Below are positions 44,700-55,490 of a stretch of 64,000 nt of DNA, one piece after another. Within the stretch, counting starts at the first letter, position 1. Each line of letters begins with the position of its first letter. The stretch is from a virus (lineage: Duplodnaviria; Caudoviricetes). The notes under the pieces were generated by a model. That model searched no databases. It was not told the origin of the DNA and worked only from the letters and a program-made list of their open reading frames with translations. Made by a program: the position numbers and the translations under genes. Where the stretch lies: positions 32,001-96,000 of the IMG/VR virus record IMGVR_UViG_3300026085_000093; one strand, written 5' to 3'.

Positions 44700-46545
44700 T
44701 AATTTCCTCCGTAGATTTTAAAAAACATCTTTTACTTTTACGTCCATACCAAAATAAATGTCTTGCATGATCTGTTATACTATGATATACATTTGGCTTA
44801 ACCGAAACACTTGTGTTTACATCTTTTAATGGCTTGCTATCAAAAAACCAACTGTGCCAATTTTTTGTAAATGTTTCTACATTCCTTTTTTTACCATATA
44901 AATCTAAAATGTGTTTGTTAAATTTTAGTGCTTCTTCAACATCAACATTGTATTTTGCTAAACAAAGCATTTTAATTTGTTTGTAAAAATCATCTATATT
45001 TTTATAAAGTGTTGCAGCAGTAGCACCATTGTCTTGAAAGTGGAAATCGTCGCCTCCTTCAATAGGTCTGCCCCATGTTTTCATATTAAACAAACTACTC
45101 TTTAAACTATTTGTATGATCTTCATATTCTTTATTAAACACAGTACCACTATTTTTACTCCAATCAAATAATAATTTGTAAAATTCAATTAATGGTATGT
45201 CATGTTCTCTTTGCAAATATGTTGCAACTACTTGTGATACTCCATGATAATGATGCGGAATAACAATGCCTTTTGCAAAGAAATACATATCTATATAATC
45301 TTGAGTCGTAAAACTATTGCTTTGGTGACAGACAAAATCAATTTCTCCTTCGCTTGCGTCAGGATATGTATTACCGCCTGCAGGTGCAGGTGTTGGCACA
45401 TATTTTAATCCGTATTTGTCTTTATACTCCTCTTTTGCAAAAGGTGTGTTAGGAACAATACTTAGAGGGTGTACAGTTAAAGCATGATCACTACCTAGTT
45501 CGAGTATTTTTCCTATACCTTCTATCCAACTGTCTAGTGTTTCTTCTGGCAAGCCAACTATGAGTTCGCAATAATTATCAACACCTGCTGCATTGTATTC
45601 TCCTACCATTTCCTCTAATTTAGTATTAGCAATGTTGATACGCTTAATAGCTTTAAGAGTATCAGGATTCATACTTTGTAATGCAATTGTTACACCACGT
45701 TTTATATTTGCTTCTTGATTTAATATACGTCCTAATTCTACAATGCGTTTAGGTTGTTGTTTTGCAGTGCTGTAATCTATCTGTCTAGGAAATCCTGTCG
45801 CTTTTCGACAATGTGCAATGTATTTTATAAAATCAACATCTCTGTCAAATATGCCTACATTACTATCTGCAAAATACAAAAAGTCAATATTATGATCAAC
45901 TACCCAATCTATTTCTCTTATAACTCTAGCGTATTCAAATTTTGCAATTTTATTATAATACAATGCTTCTTGATCACAAAATGTGCAAGCATATGGGCAA
46001 CCTCTGTTAGTTTCAATGATTGCACTATATTGTCTGTCAGGCTTCATGAGGCTATCCATTAGCCCGCTTAGATAAGGACTAGGAATGTCTGTAATGTCTT
46101 TATCTGGTTTAGGAGGTATATAACTTTCTACAGTCATAATACCAGGTGCATCTAAATTACCCTTTAATATTTCTGCAAAAGTTCTTTCTCCTGCATAGGT
46201 AACAATAACATCACAGATGTCTTTGTTTTTTGAAAGCCATGTTTGATCGTATGGCACTTGTGGGCCTCCCATTACAATCAAACAATTAGGAAATTTGTTT
46301 TTTACTGCTCGTGCAAGTTCTTGGCTAATATTCCAATTCCAAACATATGTGCTAATTGCAAATACATCAGGATCGTTTATATTCTCCATATAATTTTCTA
46401 CAGTGTCACGTTCGAATATAATGTCACCCAGTTCCCAACCTTCAACATTAGCCCTACAGTATTCCCATACATAAGCAACACTGAGAGGCAGAAAAGTTGC
46501 TTCAGCAATAACATTATTAATTTGAGTGAAATATACTTTCTTCAT
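44692..46545 (-). CDS. Cobalamin-binding radical SAM protein (class B-like)
   Basis: N-terminal B12-binding domain (S.YVWN, MGGPQ), ETNRGCPYACTFC, IVGLP.ET. Confidence 0.9.
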   Translation of the reverse strand: MKKVYFTQINNVIAEATFLPLSVAYVWEYCRANVEGWELGDIIFERDTVENYMENINDPDVFAISTYVWNWNISQELARAVKNKFPNCLIVMGGPQVPYDQTWLSKNKDICDVIVTYAGERTFAEILKGNLDAPGIMTVESYIPPKPDKDITDIPSPYLSGLMDSLMKPDRQYSAIIETNRGCPYACTFCDQEALYYNKIAKFEYARVIREIDWVVDHNIDFLYFADSNVGIFDRDVDFIKYIAHCRKATGFPRQIDYSTAKQQPKRIVELGRILNQEANIKRGVTIALQSMNPDTLKAIKRINIANTKLEEMVGEYNAAGVDNYCELIVGLPEETLDSWIEGIGKILELGSDHALTVHPLSIVPNTPFAKEEYKDKYGLKYVPTPAPAGGNTYPDASEGEIDFVCHQSNSFTTQDYIDMYFFAKGIVIPHHYHGVSQVVATYLQREHDIPLIEFYKLLFDWSKNSGTVFNKEYEDHTNSLKSSLFNMKTWGRPIEGGDDFHFQDNGATAATLYKNIDDFYKQIKMLCLAKYNVDVEEALKFNKHILDLYGKKRNVETFTKNWHSWFFDSKPLKDVNTSVSVKPNVYHSITDHARHLFWYGRKSKRCFLKSTEEIND

Positions 46546-47695
46546 ATGTCTTATCTCCCGGAAATAACGGGATCTTTTCTCCTGCTCTACGCTTTGGTAT
46601 TTTACTATCTGCTGAACTTACACAACTTTGTGTTGTACAAGGCATTGGCTTATCAAACAGTTTAAATCCTGTTTCAATATTGCCAAGCGGAGCATCATGA
46701 CAAGAATATGATCGTTTTATAGAACCATCTGGTTCGCGGATGATAATGCTTCTGAATCCTGAACTACATTCCCATCCGCAGAATTTATTAAAATTAAAAG
46801 CATTAAAACGTTCTGCTTGGTCCATGTACCAAGTTTTTCCTTTAGAGTCTTTAAACTCTACCTGCATGTGCCAAGGAACACTCTTTTGCTGATGTAAATA
46901 TTTATCGTCTTTATCTACTCTGAAGTTTGGCTTTGGGCGTTCCGCCCATTTACGCTTTTCTTCTGTGTAGGCTCTTTGTGGCATTCCGTTCCAGAGTCTT
47001 TTAAGCATATCCCCAGTGTATCCATCAACCACTCTTGACGCAGTCGGATCCGATTGAGGCTTGAGGGTGACATTAATTCCTTGCTCGTGGAAGAATAGTG
47101 CGTTTTCCCAGTCTCTTTCAAACCAGTCTGGAACCATGACTTGATTAATTGTAACTTGAACATCGTTTTCCTGACATAAAATTAATTTATCTGCAAAGTC
47201 TTGCAACTTATCAACAGTATTTAAGTGTTCGGTATGTAGACTTGCAGTAATGCTTGCTCTATGAAACGGCTTAACACGTTCTACATATTCTTCAAACCAC
47301 TTCATTGGTCGAGAGCAGTTTGATGTCATATGTATGGAAGTATAATTAGTATTAGGCACATCATCAGCCAGATGCCGAAGAATATCCAAGTATCCTGGAT
47401 GAAAAGTAGGCTCACCCCCAGACAAACTAAAATGAAAGCTATTAAAACCGTTATCACGTGCTTGCCTCTTTATTTCATCTATTGTTCTTAAACATAACTC
47501 AGTTGGTCTATGATCTTTGCGATCTGATCTAGCGTAAGGCCAACAATAACTGCAACGATAATTACAAAACCTGCCAAGAAGCCAAGACACAGTAAACAAA
47601 TCTCTATATAACATAGTGCGTTGGCCGACGCTAACGAGGTCATCGAACGGAATTTTTGTAAAATCGTATTCGCTCCACTTTAAATCTTCAGTCAT
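46517..47695 (-). CDS. Radical SAM protein with C-terminal twitch-like domain
   Basis: CNYRCSYC, SGGEPT, TSN; C..G...PDG...SC...C...C. Confidence 0.9.
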   Translation of the reverse strand: MTEDLKWSEYDFTKIPFDDLVSVGQRTMLYRDLFTVSWLLGRFCNYRCSYCWPYARSDRKDHRPTELCLRTIDEIKRQARDNGFNSFHFSLSGGEPTFHPGYLDILRHLADDVPNTNYTSIHMTSNCSRPMKWFEEYVERVKPFHRASITASLHTEHLNTVDKLQDFADKLILCQENDVQVTINQVMVPDWFERDWENALFFHEQGINVTLKPQSDPTASRVVDGYTGDMLKRLWNGMPQRAYTEEKRKWAERPKPNFRVDKDDKYLHQQKSVPWHMQVEFKDSKGKTWYMDQAERFNAFNFNKFCGWECSSGFRSIIIREPDGSIKRSYSCHDAPLGNIETGFKLFDKPMPCTTQSCVSSADSKIPKRRAGEKIPLFPGDKTYEESIFHSN

Positions 47696-48855
47696 AGTGT
47701 ATTATAACGCAATTCAGGTAAAATGTCAAACAAATTTTCATTTCTACTTTTATCTAACTGTGCTGTATATTCATAAAACTGCGGCAACTTATCGCTCCAG
47801 TCTTCTGCATACATGTAATCAATTATACCTTGTACCTTTTCTAAATGCTTATATCTACAAAGCATAATGTTTGCTTGTGTCTTAAGTTCTTTAGGTAAGC
47901 ATCTTATATTTAGATATTCAGGATGATTTAAAATATTAAAATAAATTTTATGTCCGTAAGGTTCTGCCCAATCTATAAGTTTGTCTAATCTTAAAATATT
48001 ATACATTTGTACTGTGCAATGTATTTCTATATTTGCATTAGGCAATTGTCGTATTGTTTCAAAGTTTTCTACAATTTTTTTCCAATTGCTCGGATATCTG
48101 ATATATCTATCTAAATCGTCTGTTGCATCAATAGAACAGTTTAATTGTATTTGTTTAAACTCACTCCATTTGTCAATTAAATGCTGCGGAACATTTGTTA
48201 AGTTTGTGTTATATTTTAATTTTATTTTATGTGCAGTACCATTATCAATATAATAGTCTAATAGCTTATGCTGTTCTTTGATAATTGTAGGCTCGCCGCC
48301 TGTTAGATATATTTCTTCTACTGTGTTTGCAATGCTAAAAAGATTTTCCCAAGTTTTTTCATTTTCAGGCCAATCCATTTTGCTAAGACGTTCGTACTCA
48401 CTAGGCTCTAATGCATCTTCTACTAATGCCCATTCTTTAACCCATTGATTACTTGCATAAGGGTTACACATACGACATTTTAAATTACACAAATTACCCA
48501 ATCGTATGTCTACATACTTTACATCAAAAGGTGCTTTTTCTGTATAATTGTTCTCTTGCTGCCATTTATCATTCCATGCTTGTCTTGCACTACGAACACC
48601 AGCGTCTTCTTCTCTAAAACAACGCTGACACATATCCGGTCGTTCGCCATTTAACATCTGTTTTCTAATGTTTGTATAAACTTCGCTATTCCATGCTTCT
48701 TGTAAATCGTCTTTATAAACTTTGTAAGGTTTACCGTCTGGCTTTGTTATAAAATTCTTACCAGGAGTACTGTTACAGCATACACGAAGATTGCCGCTTG
48801 CATTTGTAGCAAGGTGCATCCATGGCAAAATACAAAATGTATTATCCAAATTCAA
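47692..48855 (-). CDS. Radical SAM protein with N-terminal SPASM/twitch-like domain
   Basis: FCILPW.H...GNLRVCC...CQRC; CNLKCRMC, TGGEP, NTN, SID. Confidence 0.92.
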   Translation of the reverse strand: MNLDNTFCILPWMHLATNASGNLRVCCNSTPGKNFITKPDGKPYKVYKDDLQEAWNSEVYTNIRKQMLNGERPDMCQRCFREEDAGVRSARQAWNDKWQQENNYTEKAPFDVKYVDIRLGNLCNLKCRMCNPYASNQWVKEWALVEDALEPSEYERLSKMDWPENEKTWENLFSIANTVEEIYLTGGEPTIIKEQHKLLDYYIDNGTAHKIKLKYNTNLTNVPQHLIDKWSEFKQIQLNCSIDATDDLDRYIRYPSNWKKIVENFETIRQLPNANIEIHCTVQMYNILRLDKLIDWAEPYGHKIYFNILNHPEYLNIRCLPKELKTQANIMLCRYKHLEKVQGIIDYMYAEDWSDKLPQFYEYTAQLDKSRNENLFDILPELRYNTL

Positions 48856-49915
48856 AAGTTTGTTTCCTTAATCTGTCTTTAATTTCTTTTTGTTTCAAAA
48901 ATTCTTTATATAACTTTTCATCATACGGTTTCATAAACTTTACTACATCTGCTAGATCATCTAACAAATGATTATTGTAATATTCAAATTTGTCTATGAT
49001 TTGATTCCTTAAACTTTCAGGATAAACCCAAGGATGCTGCCAAATAGGTTCATCAACAAAATTTAAATCATACATAAAACCTTTCTTTTTAAAATATAAT
49101 ATTGTCTCAGGTAAGTGCCAAATGTTCCATGCACTAACTGATATGCAAATATTAATTCTCCAGCGTTTTTTTGTTGCAAGTAAATTTAATTTAGGTTCTA
49201 GATCTTCCCATTTACCAGGCCAACGAACATAACTGTAATGATCTTTGATTGCATCTACACTTACATTAACTAATACATCTTTCCAGCCATCTAAATCATT
49301 TGCCAATTCTTCAGTAAAAAGTAAACCATTTGTTACAATATCAATATTAATATCTTTTTTATTAGGATGGTTTTTTATTAAATTTTTTACTTTAGGAATG
49401 TATAAAGGTTCACCGCCTGTGAACTTTAATTGTTTTAGTCCTTCCATATGTTCAATTTTTTCTAGTGCAGCATCTACCCAATTGTCTCCACTAAAATTAA
49501 TACGTGCATCAGACACTTGTGTTTCTGTCCAATCTTCGTCAGGATTTCTGTTTATTTCTGATTGTAATACACTACTACTATTTGCTTCACAATGCCTGCA
49601 CCCTAAATTACATTTATTGCCTAATTTTAAATCAATTGCATTGTAAGTTTTGCCTTTTTCGTGCAAATGTCGTGTTCTTTGACTTTCTAGACCACGTTCT
49701 TCTCTATCCCAACAACGTTTACATTCTACAGGTTTTTCGTTATTTAACAGTTGTTGTTTTATAGGTTCGATATATTCTTCATATAATGCAATATCTTGAT
49801 GCCATAAGACTCGTTTTTTATTATCTTGGGAAACAAATTCACAACAAGGTCTATAAGATCCATTAGTAGTACTTGTTAACATTGTCCACGGTAACGGGCA
49901 ATAAGTATCAGACAT
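48842..49915 (-). CDS. Radical SAM protein with N-terminal SPASM/twitch-like domain
   Basis: YCPLPW...RPCC...CKRC; CNLGCRHC, TGGEP, TNG. Confidence 0.9.
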   Translation of the reverse strand: MSDTYCPLPWTMLTSTTNGSYRPCCEFVSQDNKKRVLWHQDIALYEEYIEPIKQQLLNNEKPVECKRCWDREERGLESQRTRHLHEKGKTYNAIDLKLGNKCNLGCRHCEANSSSVLQSEINRNPDEDWTETQVSDARINFSGDNWVDAALEKIEHMEGLKQLKFTGGEPLYIPKVKNLIKNHPNKKDINIDIVTNGLLFTEELANDLDGWKDVLVNVSVDAIKDHYSYVRWPGKWEDLEPKLNLLATKKRWRINICISVSAWNIWHLPETILYFKKKGFMYDLNFVDEPIWQHPWVYPESLRNQIIDKFEYYNNHLLDDLADVVKFMKPYDEKLYKEFLKQKEIKDRLRKQTFEFG

Positions 49916-50390
49916 TATTCATAATCTCAAAGAAGTATTGTTCTGGCCAATCTTTGTAATATTCTGTTGACGCAAGATATTTACGTTTAACTTGAATATC
50001 TCCTTTGTCTTGTATAAAAATACAATTACAAGGATTTTTAGCAAAATGTCCAGAAGTAGGTGTACTTAAAAAATAAATTAATTCTCTACCCTTTAATCTG
50101 TTTACAAATTTTTGCGCTTCTAAAAGATTTGCATTAGGGCCAAGCCAAACAATACCTATATCATAATTACGTCTGTCAAATTGATATATGTCATGCTGAT
50201 AGTTTTCTCTACCGTCTATAAATTGTATTTTATTATCTAATCGAGCCCGTCGTGCAAAAGGACAAATAGGAAAGCCGCTATCAGGTCGCACTTTTTCTAT
50301 TTTTTCTACTACCCAATCTAAAAACTCTTTTTGAAAACTGTCAAAATCAGTCTTCGTTATAACTTTTGTAAAATTGTACGTTAATTGCAT
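49908..50390 (-). CDS. Stand-alone CPFA-domain protein (DUF1415-like)
   Basis: ICPFARRAR.DNKIQF.DG, same domain as the N-terminus of 42056-43054; start uncertain. Confidence 0.65.
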   Translation of the reverse strand: MQLTYNFTKVITKTDFDSFQKEFLDWVVEKIEKVRPDSGFPICPFARRARLDNKIQFIDGRENYQHDIYQFDRRNYDIGIVWLGPNANLLEAQKFVNRLKGRELIYFLSTPTSGHFAKNPCNCIFIQDKGDIQVKRKYLASTEYYKDWPEQYFFEIMNNV

Positions 50391-51120
50391 TTTTTAACCA
50401 AGGCTCTTTATCTATTACAATACTTGCATGTACTTGACATGCATCAAAAACTAAAATACTGCCTACATCCTGTTCTAGTATAGTTTCATGACTTAACCCA
50501 CGAAAACTATTTTCACTTATATGTGGATATTTATTTGGATCCCATTCACCATAATCTTTTTCCGGGTCCATAAACTCGCCATTTATATCAATAAAATTAT
50601 TATAATTTCTTGATATTTCATACATTGCTGTATCTTGGCTTTTTTCTGCATCTCTGTCTAAAATAACACTATAACCGATTCTACGTTGGTGCATAAAAGC
50701 AGTATGTGCTTGTGCTCCTTTTGTTAAAAACAAAGGAATAATTACACTCTTAAAAGGTATAACATTATCAAAATATGGATCTTCAGGTGCACCTTCTTCT
50801 TCAGTAATCAAATCAAGATGTGCATCATGCGGTTGATTAGAAATAAAATAGTTACCCGAATGATTGCCACTAAAGTCTCCAAAAATTTCTAAAAACTTTT
50901 GTCTAAGCCATTTTTCATTTCTAAATAACATAGGAATACTTGCCAGTGGCTGAATGTTGCTGCTCGATGCTTGATATTTTACTGTTCTTGCATTTTGAAA
51001 TTGATAAAGTCTCAGAATTTCTATTTCTTCTTCTGTAAAAAAATTGTCAATCTTTTTTGCAGGACTAAAGTTATGGATTATGTTGTTTTTATAATATTCA
51101 CAGCATTCTATGTATTTCAT
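50347..51120 (-). CDS. Probable 2OG-Fe(II) oxygenase-like protein
   Basis: HDAHLD (HxD) ... FDA..VHAS. Confidence 0.5.
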   Translation of the reverse strand: MKYIECCEYYKNNIIHNFSPAKKIDNFFTEEEIEILRLYQFQNARTVKYQASSSNIQPLASIPMLFRNEKWLRQKFLEIFGDFSGNHSGNYFISNQPHDAHLDLITEEEGAPEDPYFDNVIPFKSVIIPLFLTKGAQAHTAFMHQRRIGYSVILDRDAEKSQDTAMYEISRNYNNFIDINGEFMDPEKDYGEWDPNKYPHISENSFRGLSHETILEQDVGSILVFDACQVHASIVIDKEPWLKNAINVQFYKSYNED

Positions 51121-52024
51121 CTTCTAATTTTCCTTGCCTTGCATCTAATAAAGGTAACCTAATATTAATTCTATTATATGCTTTATCTCTATGGAAATAT
51201 TTCCATTCTTCATTTCCTAATGCAATATGCACTGTATTAGTAGGTGTAAGTCCAAATTTTTTGCAAACTTGTGTTTGATGTTCTTTGTATATATTTGCAG
51301 CCAAATCTGGTGAAAATTCTTTCATTAGCATTAACCCTGCATATGTATTTGCATGTATTCCGTGATGCCATTCAGTTTGTACAGCAAGAGAACCGTGTGT
51401 CCATTTACTAAAACATATACCGCTACGAAAATTGCCTGTTTGCAAACCTTTTGTTGTACTAAATGCAACTACTTTAACGCAATCATAATCTACTCTCCAT
51501 TCTAAATCGTAGCAAGTGCCAAACCAAGCACAATCAACCATTACAGGAATATCAAGTTTTGTACAAGTTTCCATTATTTCTTCGTACATTGGATGCACAT
51601 TGCCCGAGCCACTAAACGGCACACTAATAATTACTGCATCTCCACGCTCTAATGGTGCATCATCGATATAGGTATCCCAATCAAAGTCAAACACATCTCT
51701 GTTGTAAGGATATTCTCCACGTAACAAACGCATACGCCAGCCATTTCTAGCACACTCTAAATGAAACCAGTCTAGTGTTTGTGTTACACCAAGGCTTACA
51801 TAACGATTAGGTAAAGTTTCTAATCCTCTAACCTTTGTAGATACAGATGATTCAATCCATTTAGGATAAAAATTCAAATATTCGTCTTGTACGTTAAAAT
51901 CTCTATTGAACCACCCGTGCTCTTTAACATGTCTTGATAAGAATTTAGGACACTCGTGTATCTTAGCACTATTTCCCGTTGTTCCTAAATACTTTTTATA
52001 TAGTGATTCCCATTGTTTACTCAT
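51098..52024 (-). CDS. Fold-type I PLP-dependent enzyme (aminotransferase-like)
   Basis: VMVDCAW (Asp binding the PLP pyridine N), AFSTTKG (Schiff-base Lys); start ATG 52024 after GGAG. Confidence 0.72.
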   Translation of the reverse strand: MSKQWESLYKKYLGTTGNSAKIHECPKFLSRHVKEHGWFNRDFNVQDEYLNFYPKWIESSVSTKVRGLETLPNRYVSLGVTQTLDWFHLECARNGWRMRLLRGEYPYNRDVFDFDWDTYIDDAPLERGDAVIISVPFSGSGNVHPMYEEIMETCTKLDIPVMVDCAWFGTCYDLEWRVDYDCVKVVAFSTTKGLQTGNFRSGICFSKWTHGSLAVQTEWHHGIHANTYAGLMLMKEFSPDLAANIYKEHQTQVCKKFGLTPTNTVHIALGNEEWKYFHRDKAYNRINIRLPLLDARQGKLEDEIHRML

Positions 52025-53237
52025 TCCAATACTCCTTAAATTGCGGAGCAGCACTAATAAAATCTGTATTTCTTATTTTATCTAAATCAATAATGTATTC
52101 TTTAAAATATTTCCACAATTTCTGTTGTTCTGCATGTTCTGGCTTTTTAAGTTGTTGTGCTAATTTGGTTATACCTACAGAATAGTAATTATCCTGGCCT
52201 GGCCATTTTATTTTATCATCAATATCTTCAATCATAGATGCTGCTTGTTCTTTCATTTCTGCACTTAACACATCTAAACTAAGATAGGCAGGATTAACAA
52301 CTGTATTTGAAAAACTAAAACTACAAAAATCTTTATATTTTTGAACAAAATTCCAAGCATCTCTAATGGCAAATACATTTGCAGCCATTGTTGTAAATGT
52401 TATACACACTTCTTCAAGGTTATCAAATGTTTTAAGTTTTTCAATCATGTTCTCAACAACAGATATGTCATAATTATTGCCGCCTCTTGTATAGTTGTAC
52501 AGTTCTCCTGTACCTTCTATACTAATATAAAATATAAGACTTTTAAACTGTCGTAAATGATCAAACAATTGCTCATCATCTACTGTAGCATTTGTGCTTA
52601 TGTCAATAGTAACTTGTTTATTAAGTCCTAAGTCAATTAGCTTTTGTAAAATTGCTCGATTTTTAGGCTCATACATTGGTTCGCCGCCGCGTATAGCAAC
52701 ATAACACAAATCTTCAAACACACTAGTATCGGCAAAAATGTTATCTATTACAGAATCATCTAACACAAAATGTCCATAATCGCTGTTTCTCCAATAACCT
52801 GTCATATTTTTAAGTAATTTTTTTTCATCTGCAACCCATGCTGTGCTAACTGCACCACTACAATGTATACATTTTAAGTTGCATTTGTTACTAGGAATAA
52901 CATCAAGCATTAAAAAACTAGGTGTGTTAATATCTGTTACTATAGGTTTATTATTATAGCAGGTTGCTCGGTCAACAAATAGTGTTTCAAAAAACAATCT
53001 ACGACTGTGTCCACTTAGTTCTTCTTTTTTATAACACTTTTCGCAGCCTTTGTTTTGTTGAAACTGTGAATGATCTTTTCTTAGTTGTGTCCAAGGATTG
53101 TCATTCCATATGTCCACTAAAGAATTATTATTTAAATTACCTAGTGGAACTTTATAAATTGCATCAGGCTTTACATTGCCATCATAATCAATGGCAACGC
53201 ATTTAAACGGCGCAATGCAGTTATAGTTATTAAGCAA
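52017..53237 (-). CDS. Radical SAM protein with a degenerate N-terminal SPASM/twitch-like domain
   Basis: NCIAPF...KPDAIY (CC lost)...CEKC; CNLKCIHC, GGEP, STNA. Confidence 0.9.
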   Translation of the reverse strand: MLNNYNCIAPFKCVAIDYDGNVKPDAIYKVPLGNLNNNSLVDIWNDNPWTQLRKDHSQFQQNKGCEKCYKKEELSGHSRRLFFETLFVDRATCYNNKPIVTDINTPSFLMLDVIPSNKCNLKCIHCSGAVSTAWVADEKKLLKNMTGYWRNSDYGHFVLDDSVIDNIFADTSVFEDLCYVAIRGGEPMYEPKNRAILQKLIDLGLNKQVTIDISTNATVDDEQLFDHLRQFKSLIFYISIEGTGELYNYTRGGNNYDISVVENMIEKLKTFDNLEEVCITFTTMAANVFAIRDAWNFVQKYKDFCSFSFSNTVVNPAYLSLDVLSAEMKEQAASMIEDIDDKIKWPGQDNYYSVGITKLAQQLKKPEHAEQQKLWKYFKEYIIDLDKIRNTDFISAAPQFKEYWNE

Positions 53238-54276
53238 AATAGTCCTCCTGAGAACCTTGTCTTGCTAAATCTTGTGTTACACAATGCACACCACCATCCC
53301 AAAAATACTGATGTCTAAAGTTCCAGTAGATAGGTGTAATACCTTGTTTTTCCATTCTTGCAAATGCTTCTTTGTTTGTGCCAGTGCAAATAACATACTC
53401 TTCAGACACACTTAACACATTTACATCAAAAACTGTTTCATCTACGTAACCTGTCCAATGACTAAAATATTCATCGATAAAATCTTTGTAAAAACGTTGT
53501 TTACGCATTTTATCAAATTCGTCTGGAAGTTCTGTTTCGCTAGACACTTCAATAATATCCCAGTTTTGTAATTTTTCTGGTATCCATTTTTTGTTCCATG
53601 TCATTAGTACACCCGGCTTTAATAGTGCAATCTTGCCGTCACAGTGTCCGCCAACAGCAACTTCGTTCCATCTAAACTCATCGCCTAGTTCTTTTTTCAG
53701 CCACTCTAATCCAACATCGGTACCTTTGCCTTTTTTAAGATCTTTATTACCACTTTGAGAATGAAACAAATCTTTACCACACTTAATAATGTTTGCAGCA
53801 TGGAACATAATTTGATCGTTTTCATTATATGGAGGTGCTTTGCTTGTAAGTTTTGCCATAGGCATACTTAACCATCTATAACCATTGTCGTAGAATTGCC
53901 TACTAATATCTGTATATGCAAGATTTTCAAAAAATCTGCCGCCGCTTGCTGTATAGTGCTCTACGATAGTGTTGCCAAACACACCTAAAACATCTCTTGG
54001 CATAAGTGGATGGTTAGGAAAATGACTACCAAACCATGGCGTTTGTACAGTTGCTTTATCCCAACTATATTGCATTAGATTGTTAGGACGATGTACTGTA
54101 ACATCTAAATCTTCAAGTATCTTTACTAAAGATTCTAAGTCTTCAGCAGTTTCTTCATTTACACGTTTAAGTAAATCTCTTGCATCTGGGTCAGGAACAT
54201 CGTTAAAATCTTCAGCATTGTAAGTGCCGCCTACAATGATATCAGTAAGTTTTTGAAATTCGGTAAAAGTTGCCAA
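53230..54276 (-). CDS. Amidinotransferase (glycine/inosamine-phosphate amidinotransferase family)
   Basis: PRD, HCDG, DVN, GGVHCVT catalytic Cys; TTG start after GGAG. Confidence 0.9.
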   Translation of the reverse strand: MATFTEFQKLTDIIVGGTYNAEDFNDVPDPDARDLLKRVNEETAEDLESLVKILEDLDVTVHRPNNLMQYSWDKATVQTPWFGSHFPNHPLMPRDVLGVFGNTIVEHYTASGGRFFENLAYTDISRQFYDNGYRWLSMPMAKLTSKAPPYNENDQIMFHAANIIKCGKDLFHSQSGNKDLKKGKGTDVGLEWLKKELGDEFRWNEVAVGGHCDGKIALLKPGVLMTWNKKWIPEKLQNWDIIEVSSETELPDEFDKMRKQRFYKDFIDEYFSHWTGYVDETVFDVNVLSVSEEYVICTGTNKEAFARMEKQGITPIYWNFRHQYFWDGGVHCVTQDLARQGSQEDYFA

Positions 54277-54302
54277 TATAGTTCTCCATTAATATTAGCA
54301 TA

Positions 54303-55490
54303 CTAGCACAAATTTCCTGTATTGTCAATAGGTAAAACCTTCTTATAGTCTAATCCTGTAACTGCATCCATATCTGCCGATCTTTTAAGAAGTTCATTCC
54401 ATAATTGTAAATTAGTTTCGCCGCCTTTTAATGCTTGCATAATTGCACGTTTATGAAACGGCTGTACATTACCCCAAGTTTCCATTTTGTCTATAAGGTG
54501 CTGTTTATACTTTTCTGGCATTGTACCAATAGATGTGTATTCTGGCCATCTAATACAATCTACTGAGTGCTTATCTTTGTGTATGATATTTTGCACCCAT
54601 TCAGATAATTCATTAAAACTCCAAATAGAAAATACACTTAAACAACTATGTACACCAAAAATTAAATTAACATCTAAATTTAAATAATTTTTTACATTTT
54701 CTTCAATTTCGTTCCAATTACTTAAAGTACGATTATAGTCATTACCATAACCGTAGCCATCAATTGAAAAACAAAGTTCAACACTTTTACATTTTTTCCA
54801 AACTTCGATATCTTCTTTTGTAGGAAATTTAGTTGCGTTTGTATGATAGACTATAGATACGTCAGACAAATCATCATATTTTCCTAAGTCTTGTAAAAAT
54901 GGCGAATGTTCTGGAGACATAAATGGTTCGCCTCCAAGTATTTTAATCATTGTTGGTTTGTTAAACTTAGTTAAATCAAAGTTTCGAACTGTATTAACTT
55001 CTGGTTTAACTTTACCACCTTGATTGTAATAATAATCAGGCACATGGTGCTTCATACTATCTGTTCTAGGAGCATCTTTCCATGCAGCATTATACAATCT
55101 TGCCCATGCTGTGCTTTCGTCTACATTACACATTCTACATGCAAGATTACAATGATTACTTAAAAATACTTCTAAATAGTCTAGTTCAAATTTATCTTCT
55201 ATATATCCGTAAAGTTGGTTAAAGTGCATACGCATATTGCGTCCACCTAGTTTTTCCTCTTCCCAACATTTAGAACATTCTTGCAATTTTTCGCCAGCCT
55301 TCATTCTGTCTCTAATTTTTTGGAAATATTCAGGATGATTTACTGCTTCTTCCGGAGGCAAAAACTTGTACTGTTTAAATTCGCTTTCTCCAAATGCTTT
55401 AAATCTACAACAAGGTAGAACTGTAGGTTTGCCATCAGCAGCGCCAATCGCCATATGCTTCCAAGGCAATACACAACTGTTCTTACTCAT
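54303..55490 (-). CDS. Radical SAM protein with N-terminal SPASM/twitch-like domain
   Basis: SCVLPW.H...PCC...CSKC; CNLACRMC, GGEP, TNAT, SIDG. Confidence 0.9.
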   Translation of the reverse strand: MSKNSCVLPWKHMAIGAADGKPTVLPCCRFKAFGESEFKQYKFLPPEEAVNHPEYFQKIRDRMKAGEKLQECSKCWEEEKLGGRNMRMHFNQLYGYIEDKFELDYLEVFLSNHCNLACRMCNVDESTAWARLYNAAWKDAPRTDSMKHHVPDYYYNQGGKVKPEVNTVRNFDLTKFNKPTMIKILGGEPFMSPEHSPFLQDLGKYDDLSDVSIVYHTNATKFPTKEDIEVWKKCKSVELCFSIDGYGYGNDYNRTLSNWNEIEENVKNYLNLDVNLIFGVHSCLSVFSIWSFNELSEWVQNIIHKDKHSVDCIRWPEYTSIGTMPEKYKQHLIDKMETWGNVQPFHKRAIMQALKGGETNLQLWNELLKRSADMDAVTGLDYKKVLPIDNTGNLC

